Source: Horticoccus luteus
GTDB taxonomy: Bacteria > Verrucomicrobiota > Verrucomicrobiia > Opitutales > Opitutaceae
Assembly (NCBI RefSeq): GCF_019464535.1
Contig: NZ_CP080507.1
Span: forward strand, 3,870,001 to 3,902,000
Length of the DNA stretch: 32,000 nucleotides
Direction of reading: 5' to 3'
Made by a program: the position numbers and the translations under genes. The notes beneath the pieces were generated by a model, which searched no databases, was not told where the DNA came from, and was given only the letters and a program-made list of their open reading frames with translations. Shown in pieces: positions 17,129-23,409 of this stretch (position 1 is its first letter; each line of letters starts with the position of its first letter).

Positions 17129-17310
17129 CCAAGACGTGCGATCGCGGCCCAACCGGCGCCTCGACCGATCATAAACGGTTCGACTTTCGCCGCCGATCAA
17201 CGACTGCGAGACCGCGCTCACGCCACGCTGAATTGCGTCGAGCTCGACGGCCGTGAATCGCGTTGCGCGTGCCACCGCGAGGCGCATGGTGGCGTGGCTC
17301 CTTTCTTCGG

Positions 17311-17739
17311 ATGAACGCTTCTCGCGCGAACACGGGATCACGACAACTCACAGGCCGCTGCGTGTGCGGCGCGGTTCATTACGAAGTGGCGGATGCCTTC
17401 GATTACGCGCTGAACTGCCACTGCTCGGACTGTCGGCGAGCCACCGGTTCGGCGTTCAAGCCTTTTGCCGGCATAGCACGCGAAAAGCTCCGCATCACGG
17501 AAGGGATCGCGACAGCAAAAATATTCGGAGATGCCGCCGCCAATCACGACGTGTTTTGCGGAATATGCGGCTCGCGGCTGTTCTCCGTCGTCGACAACGG
17601 CACCCGCGTCCACGTCACGCTCGGCACGCTAACGGATGCGCCCGCCATTCGTCCGACCGCACACATCTTTGTCGGCGACAAGGCCCCGTGGTTTCAAATC
17701 ACCGACGCCCTGACGCGCTACGACGGTCACCTCTCGTAA
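17311..17739 (+). CDS. GFA / CENP-V family protein (glutathione-dependent formaldehyde-activating-like Zn-Cys domain)
   Basis: GRCVCGAVHYEV......NCHCSDCRRATGSAF....FCGICGSRLF is the GFA cysteine pattern. I chose ATG 17311. The track ORF starts at 17263. Confidence 0.85.
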   Translation: MNASRANTGSRQLTGRCVCGAVHYEVADAFDYALNCHCSDCRRATGSAFKPFAGIAREKLRITEGIATAKIFGDAAANHDVFCGICGSRLFSVVDNGTRVHVTLGTLTDAPAIRPTAHIFVGDKAPWFQITDALTRYDGHLS

Positions 17740-17766
17740 ATGCCGGCCGGGCGCGCCCATGGCGCG

Positions 17767-18345
17767 TCAATCAATGCCTTCGTAATGGTAATACACGAGG
17801 TGTTCGCGTGGCACATACACCATCAAAGTCATTTCGGAGGCGAAGCGCTTTCCTTGGCCAGCTTCGGTCGTAAGAAGATGGATTTCGGCATCAGGCGGAA
17901 ACGTGTAGGTCCACCAAGCAGGGCCGGCTTCATTTCCCTGCCAGCGCTTGTTCGCATACTCGAGATCCGAAACATGCGGCAAACCAGCTGGAACCAGTGC
18001 GTGAAAGGTCGCGGCATCCGCCTCGAAACGCAGGTAGGTGCTGCCCTCGTCGGCGAACCAAAACACTTTGCTGTTGATATTGGAGACATTCGGACCGGGA
18101 GCGACGCCGAGCGTGTCTTCAAACACGAACCGCGGGGTTGCCGCGCGCACATAGCCATACGCAAACAATCCCGCCAGCAGCATCGCGAACGCGGTGAGGC
18201 CGCCGATAGTCAGCCCGGAGATCCATTTCCAAACCCGCCAATTTCGCCACCACGATAAGATAAATAGGCCAAAGGCAACCGCCCACCCTACGGCGAAAAC
18301 GCCGGCGACGAATAACCAAAAAAGGACGACAATACCTGGACCCAC
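17767..18345 (-). CDS. hypothetical membrane protein (two N-terminal TM helices plus a soluble domain of about 120 aa)
   Basis: 192-aa ORF. The hydrophobic helices are IVVLFWLFVAGVFAVGWAVAFGLFIL and ISGLTIGGLTAFAMLLAGLFAYGYV. I recognise no family. It runs in the same direction as nrdA and lies just downstream of it. Confidence 0.5.
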   Translation of the reverse strand: MGPGIVVLFWLFVAGVFAVGWAVAFGLFILSWWRNWRVWKWISGLTIGGLTAFAMLLAGLFAYGYVRAATPRFVFEDTLGVAPGPNVSNINSKVFWFADEGSTYLRFEADAATFHALVPAGLPHVSDLEYANKRWQGNEAGPAWWTYTFPPDAEIHLLTTEAGQGKRFASEMTLMVYVPREHLVYYHYEGID

Positions 18346-18372
18346 GGCAGAGGCGACGATGCCAGAAACAGC

Positions 18373-18400
18373 CGAGCCGCCACGCCATGGCGGCGGCTCG
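18373..18400 (-). terminator. GC-rich hairpin downstream of nrdA (possible terminator or attenuator)
   Basis: CGAGCCGCC (18373-18381) pairs perfectly with GGCGGCTCG (18392-18400). The loop is 10 nt. On the minus strand it is followed by GCTGTTTCTGGC, which is only a weak U-tract. Confidence 0.3.
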
Positions 18401-18424
18401 ACGTGGCGTCAGGTCAACTCAGAC

Positions 18425-21400
18425 TCACTGGCAGGCTTCGCAAGCCTCACCGTTGCGCATCGCTTCGATCGAGCAGGCGATTTTTTGCTCGGCGGTGTAG
18501 GTTTTCTTCACGACTGAAGCAGGCATTTCGGTCGTCGCCACCGCGTCGGCCGTGCCCGCCACGCCGCGGACTTCCTTGCGTGTGCCAACGGTCGCTTTCT
18601 CGATATTGGAAGCGCCGAGGCTGCGGAGATAATACGTCGTCTTGAGACCGGCGTGCCACGCCTGACGATACATGTGGCTGAGCGTCTTCAGGTCGGGCGT
18701 CTTGATCCACAGATTCACCGATTGGGCTTGATCGATCCATTTCTGACGGCGCGCGGCCGCGTCGATGATCCACTTCCCGTCGATGTCGAAGGCCGTGAGA
18801 TATTTCTCCTTCAGGTCGTTCGGAATGCGTTCGATGTCTTTCAACTCGCCGTCGAAATACTTGAGGTTGTCCAGCATGTCCTGATCCCACAATTCACGCG
18901 CTTTGAGATCCTTCACCAGGAATGGATTCAAGACGATGAACTCGCCCGACAGGTTCGATTTGACGAACAGATTCTTGTAGGTCGGCTCGATGCACGGCGA
19001 CGTGCCAGTGATGTTCGAGATTGTAGCGGTCGGAGCAATGGCCAGGCAGTTGGAGTTGCGCATGCCTTGACGGGCGATCTTCGCCCGCAGCGGCGCCCAA
19101 TCCAGCTTTCCACCGCGCGGCACGTCCACCGGCACGCCACGCTCGGCTTCGAGGAGATCGAGGGTGTCTTGCGGCAGGAGGCCGCGATCCCACTTCGAGC
19201 CTTTGTAACTCGAATAAGTGCCCCGCTCTGCGGCGAGGTCGGAGCTCGCTTCGTAAGCGTAAAAGGCGATCGCTTCCATCGCCTCGTCGTTGAACTCCAC
19301 GGCTGCAGTCGACGCGAACGCGTGCCCGCGCAGATAGAGCGCGTGGGCGAGGCCCATCACGCCAAGACCGATCGGCCGATGGCGAAGGTTGGACGTCTTG
19401 GCCGACGGCGTGGGGTAGAAATTGATGTCGATGACGTTGTCGAGCGCACGGACCGCCATGCGGATCGTGTCGCGCAATTTGGCGTGATCGAGCGCGCCAT
19501 CGGGCAGGAGATGGGAATCGAGGAGGACGGAGCCGAGATTGCAGACGGCCGTTTCGTCGTTGCTCGTGTTCAGCGTGATCTCGGTGCAGAGATTGGATGA
19601 GTGGATGACGCCCACGTGATCCTGCGGCGAGCGGAGGTTGCACGCATCTTTGAACGTGATCCACGGGTGGCCTGTCTCGAAGAGCATCGAGAGCATCTTT
19701 TTCCAGAGCTCAAGGGCCTCGATTTTCTGCCCGGCGATTTTCCCTTCCTCGGAGAGCTGCTCGTATTCGAGATAGCGCTTCTCAAAGGCGGCACCGTAAA
19801 GCTCGTGCAAATCGGGCACTTGGTTGGAGCGGAAGAGCGTCCAGTGTTGTCTCGCTTCCATGCGCTTCATGAACAGATCGGGAATCCAGTTCGCCGTGTT
19901 CATGTCGTGCGTGCGGCGGCGATCGTCGCCAGTGTTTTTGCGCAACTCGAGGAATTCGAAAATGTCGTTGTGCCACGTCTCCAGATACGCGCAACCGGAG
20001 CCCTTGCGCTTGCCGCCTTGGTTGACGGCCACGAGCTGGTCGTTGTGGAGCTTGAGGAACGGGATGACGCCCTGCGACTCGCCGTTGGTGCCCGCTATGT
20101 AAGCGCCGGTGCCGCGCACCGCCGTCCACGAACCGCCGAGACCGCCCGCCCATTTGGCGAGAAAGGCGTTATCCGCGATGCCGCGGAGCATGATGCTCTC
20201 AATCGTGTCGTCGACGTAGTAAAGATAGCACGACGAAAGCTGCGAGTGCAGCGTGCCGGAGTTGAACAGCGTCGGGGTCGACGAGCAGAAGCGGCGGCTC
20301 TTGTAGAGTTCGTAGAGACCGGTGACGCGCGCCTCGCGGTCGCCCTTTTCGTCGAGCATCAAGCCCATCGCCACGCGTAGCCAGAAGAACTGGGGCGTCT
20401 CGATGCGGCGCGCGGGAGAACGCGTTTTATCGATGATGAGATAGCGATCGTAGAGAGTTTGGATGCCGAGGAAGTCGAATTCCAGATCGGATGACGGATC
20501 AAGCGCCGCGCCGAGGCGGGTGAGATCGTAATCCAGGAGGCGCGGATTGAGGCGTTTGATGGCGACGCCGTGCTCCAGGTATTTCTTGAACGCCCGCTGA
20601 TGGGCCGACTTCAATGCGCCGATCCCTTCGGTCATGATGTCCCAGCCGAGCACTTCTTCGTAGATATACGTGAGCTGGATGCGGCCGGCGAACTTGGCGA
20701 AATCCGCGTCGCGTTCGATCAGCGTTTTCGAGTTCAGGATGATCGTGGCATCGAGATCCTTTTGGGAAATCTGATCGTAAACGGCGCGGCGCAGTTCCTG
20801 TTCGACCTCGTCGTTGGAGAGACAGAGATCGAGGCCGATGCGCGCGAACTCGATGCGCTTGCGCAAGTCCGCTCCGTCCCAAAACACGTTGGTGCCGTCG
20901 GCTTTTTTCACGACGATCATGGCGGCCTGGCCGGGAGCCGGCGTCGTATCGGCCAAGGCGGGAACATCGCCGCCCGCGGCATCGAGCCCGATTTCGCGCG
21001 CGCCGGCGCGTTGCGCGCGAAAAAGAATGTAGGCTTCGGCGACTTTGAAGTGGCCCGCCTTCATGAGTTCTTCCTGCACCATGTCCTGAATTTCCTCGAT
21101 GTGCACGAAGGATTGCTTCGAGGAATGCACGCGCTCGGAAACCGCTTTGGTGATCCCGATCGCGGGCGCTGAATCGCGCTGGAGCGAGAGGAACGTTTTG
21201 CGGACGGCTATCTCCACCTTCTGTTCGCTCCACGGGACAACCTGGTTGTTGCGGCGGATGACGCGCAGCGTAGACGTGGCGGCGGAATCGCGATCGACGG
21301 CGATCTTGCGGGCTCGATTCAAGAGCAGGCTCTTCGCCACGAAGTAGGCATTGTTGTCCACGAGCGTCTTTTCGATCAACTCGTAGAGCGCATTGAGCGT

Positions 21401-21730
21401 GAGCCGCACGGGCGATTGCGTGCGCCCGAGAGCGATCAGGTTCGCGGCGACCTCGCGGCAGATTGAAGCGACCCAAGCGCGATTCGTGTCGTTGAAAATA
21501 TCAGTCTCACCCTTCGCGAGGTGAACGTTGGTCAACGCCTTGCCCAGCGTATCGGCCACCTCGGATAACACGAATCGCTCTTCGCCATGCGGGCACAACA
21601 AAATAATGGGAGGGAGCTCAAGCGATCCAGCGGGGATCACGTCGCGCCATGCGTAGTGGGGTTTTTGTTCGATGGGGGCCTGAACGGTGCGTTTGAGGGC
21701 GAGATCGTGGGCGAGGGTTGGGTTGCTCAT
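18425..21730 (-). CDS. nrdA: ribonucleoside-diphosphate reductase alpha subunit, class I, long form with an extended N-terminal ATP-cone-like region
   Basis: 1101 aa. The conserved R1 core is present: SCYLYY, NQGGKRKGSGCAYLE.WH.DI..FL, the catalytic SNLCTEITL, and PTATISNITGTSPCIEP. The C-terminal redox pair is CEAC. Confidence 0.95.
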   Translation of the reverse strand: MSNPTLAHDLALKRTVQAPIEQKPHYAWRDVIPAGSLELPPIILLCPHGEERFVLSEVADTLGKALTNVHLAKGETDIFNDTNRAWVASICREVAANLIALGRTQSPVRLTLNALYELIEKTLVDNNAYFVAKSLLLNRARKIAVDRDSAATSTLRVIRRNNQVVPWSEQKVEIAVRKTFLSLQRDSAPAIGITKAVSERVHSSKQSFVHIEEIQDMVQEELMKAGHFKVAEAYILFRAQRAGAREIGLDAAGGDVPALADTTPAPGQAAMIVVKKADGTNVFWDGADLRKRIEFARIGLDLCLSNDEVEQELRRAVYDQISQKDLDATIILNSKTLIERDADFAKFAGRIQLTYIYEEVLGWDIMTEGIGALKSAHQRAFKKYLEHGVAIKRLNPRLLDYDLTRLGAALDPSSDLEFDFLGIQTLYDRYLIIDKTRSPARRIETPQFFWLRVAMGLMLDEKGDREARVTGLYELYKSRRFCSSTPTLFNSGTLHSQLSSCYLYYVDDTIESIMLRGIADNAFLAKWAGGLGGSWTAVRGTGAYIAGTNGESQGVIPFLKLHNDQLVAVNQGGKRKGSGCAYLETWHNDIFEFLELRKNTGDDRRRTHDMNTANWIPDLFMKRMEARQHWTLFRSNQVPDLHELYGAAFEKRYLEYEQLSEEGKIAGQKIEALELWKKMLSMLFETGHPWITFKDACNLRSPQDHVGVIHSSNLCTEITLNTSNDETAVCNLGSVLLDSHLLPDGALDHAKLRDTIRMAVRALDNVIDINFYPTPSAKTSNLRHRPIGLGVMGLAHALYLRGHAFASTAAVEFNDEAMEAIAFYAYEASSDLAAERGTYSSYKGSKWDRGLLPQDTLDLLEAERGVPVDVPRGGKLDWAPLRAKIARQGMRNSNCLAIAPTATISNITGTSPCIEPTYKNLFVKSNLSGEFIVLNPFLVKDLKARELWDQDMLDNLKYFDGELKDIERIPNDLKEKYLTAFDIDGKWIIDAAARRQKWIDQAQSVNLWIKTPDLKTLSHMYRQAWHAGLKTTYYLRSLGASNIEKATVGTRKEVRGVAGTADAVATTEMPASVVKKTYTAEQKIACSIEAMRNGEACEACQ

Positions 21731-21888
21731 GGACGGGACGGCGATGGAAGGAATGAAACGGTGATACGGGCGGAGGCGAACGAACGGACGGAACGGCCAA
21801 TGGCAGGTGCCACGAGCCGGTGCAGCGGGGAACTAATCGAACGGGGTAGGAAAAAACGAAACGAGGACCGCGACGAACGCAGGCCACC

Positions 21889-22974
21889 TCAGAGCTCGTC
21901 GTCGCTGGCGACGGTGAGAGAGGAGGCTTTTTGATATTCGGTCACGCGACCTTCGAAGAAATTCTGCTCCTTCTTGATATCCATCATCTCGGCGAGCCAC
22001 GGCAGCGGATTCTTCACACCGGCGTTGAGCGGCGCGAGGCCGCAGCTCTCCAGGCGGCGGTCCGCGATGAAATCGATGTAGGTCAGGAAGTCTTCGGCGC
22101 TGAGGCCGATGGAATTCACCGGCAGACAATCGCGAATGAACTCCTTTTCCAAGTCGATCGCCTCGCGCATGAAGCCGCGTAGCTCTTCCTTGAATTCCGG
22201 AGTCCAAATTTCGCGATTCTCATCGACGAGATCCATGAAGAGGTTGCGGAACACCTCGATGTGATTCGACTCGTCGCGCAACGTATAGCGAAACATCTGG
22301 CCGATGCCGGGAAACTTGTTTTGCCGGTAAAGCGAAAGAATCATGCCGAAGAGGCCGTAAAATTGCGTGCCCTCCATGCATTGACCGAAGACGAAGATGT
22401 TTTTCGCCAGCAGCTTCTTGTTGTCGGCCTGCGTGAGATCCAGCTCACGGCGGAGATCGCGGGAAACGCGCGTCACGAACTCGTTCTTGCGGACGATCGT
22501 CGGCACGTCCTCAAACATCGCCTCGCACTCGTGCGGGTTGATGCCCAGCGAAGCGATCATGTAGAGCAGCGAATCGGCGTGGATATTCTCTTCGTGCGCA
22601 TGGCGGCCGAGCACGAGCTTGAGCTCGGGCGCCGTGACCAACTCGCGCACCACGTGCTGGATATTATCGCCCACGATGCCTTCCGCCGCCGAGAAGTAGC
22701 CAATGCCCATGCGGATAATCCAGCGCTCGACGTCGGAAAGCGCCTTTTCGTCGCGCCACTGCTCAATGTCCTTGCCCATGGGAATATCCTCCGGCTCCCA
22801 GTGGTTGGCCTTCATGGTGCGGTAAAGATCGTAGGCCCACTGATATTTCAAGGGCAGCAAGTTGAAGGTCATCGATTCGCGCCCGTTGATCACGCGCTTG
22901 GCCGCAAACGCGGCTTCGGCCTTGGCCTGATCGAGGACGAACGTCTTGGCACCGACTTGAAAGGATTTCTGCAT
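21889..22974 (-). CDS. nrdB: ribonucleoside-diphosphate reductase beta subunit, class Ic-like (no radical tyrosine)
   Basis: The start is ATG 22974 (MQKSFQVG...). The ferritin-like ligand motifs are FSAAEGIV, HEENIHADSLLY, CMEGTQFY and LRDESNHIE. The C-terminal tail is TEYQKASSL...DDEL. Motif for motif it resembles the Chlamydia trachomatis R2c as I recall that sequence. Confidence 0.95.
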   Translation of the reverse strand: MQKSFQVGAKTFVLDQAKAEAAFAAKRVINGRESMTFNLLPLKYQWAYDLYRTMKANHWEPEDIPMGKDIEQWRDEKALSDVERWIIRMGIGYFSAAEGIVGDNIQHVVRELVTAPELKLVLGRHAHEENIHADSLLYMIASLGINPHECEAMFEDVPTIVRKNEFVTRVSRDLRRELDLTQADNKKLLAKNIFVFGQCMEGTQFYGLFGMILSLYRQNKFPGIGQMFRYTLRDESNHIEVFRNLFMDLVDENREIWTPEFKEELRGFMREAIDLEKEFIRDCLPVNSIGLSAEDFLTYIDFIADRRLESCGLAPLNAGVKNPLPWLAEMMDIKKEQNFFEGRVTEYQKASSLTVASDDEL

Positions 22975-23104
22975 GAGAAGAACGGAGAGAGGTGGGAGAA
23001 AAGGTGGAGAAACGACAGGGGCGAGCGGCGTTTTGGGCGGCGCGTCAGCGGAAGGCAAGAATTGGGTCGGGCAGAGGAGCTGAAACTTATTTACGGGTTG
23101 TTAA

Positions 23105-23152
23105 CCACAACAGGATGTGGTCCTGGCCCGCTAAGACCACAACGGATTGAGC
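23105..23152. promoter_or_regulatory. candidate tandem NrdR-box-like operators upstream of nrdB
   Basis: CCACAAC-AG-GATGTGG at 23105-23120 is a 7-2-7 palindrome with one mismatch and resembles the acaCwAtATaTwGtgt NrdR box. A second, weaker copy, CCACAACGGATTGAGC, lies at 23137-23152. The two starts are exactly 32 bp apart. They lie about 130-180 nt upstream of the nrdB ATG. Confidence 0.3.
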
Positions 23153-23409
23153 TCGTGCGTTTGCCGCGTCAACCGATTTTCCTTAGAAATTCGGCCGTTT
23201 TCCGGTTGCCTGCGCGCGACTTGTCGCCTTGCCGTCTCCCCGCTACGTGAGCTGCTCCGCCGCACGCCCCCGGCCGCGCCGGAATCGAAAGTATGTGCCG
23301 ATTTGTGACAACACGAGTTTGCGAGCCAAACGACGGCTTCACTCTGCGGATACGACGGCGACACTCGCACAAGCCAACGACTGGCAGCTAGTGGGGACTG
23401 CGGCGAAAC

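Noticed and set aside
18653-23250. Plus-strand ORFs inside the nrdA/nrdB region (18653..19600, 19601..20380, 20570..21172, 22261..23250) and out-of-frame minus-strand ORFs (18894..19664, 20499..21476)
   Set aside because: nrdA and nrdB on the minus strand are unambiguous. These ORFs are antisense or out-of-frame shadows with Arg-rich nonsense translations.
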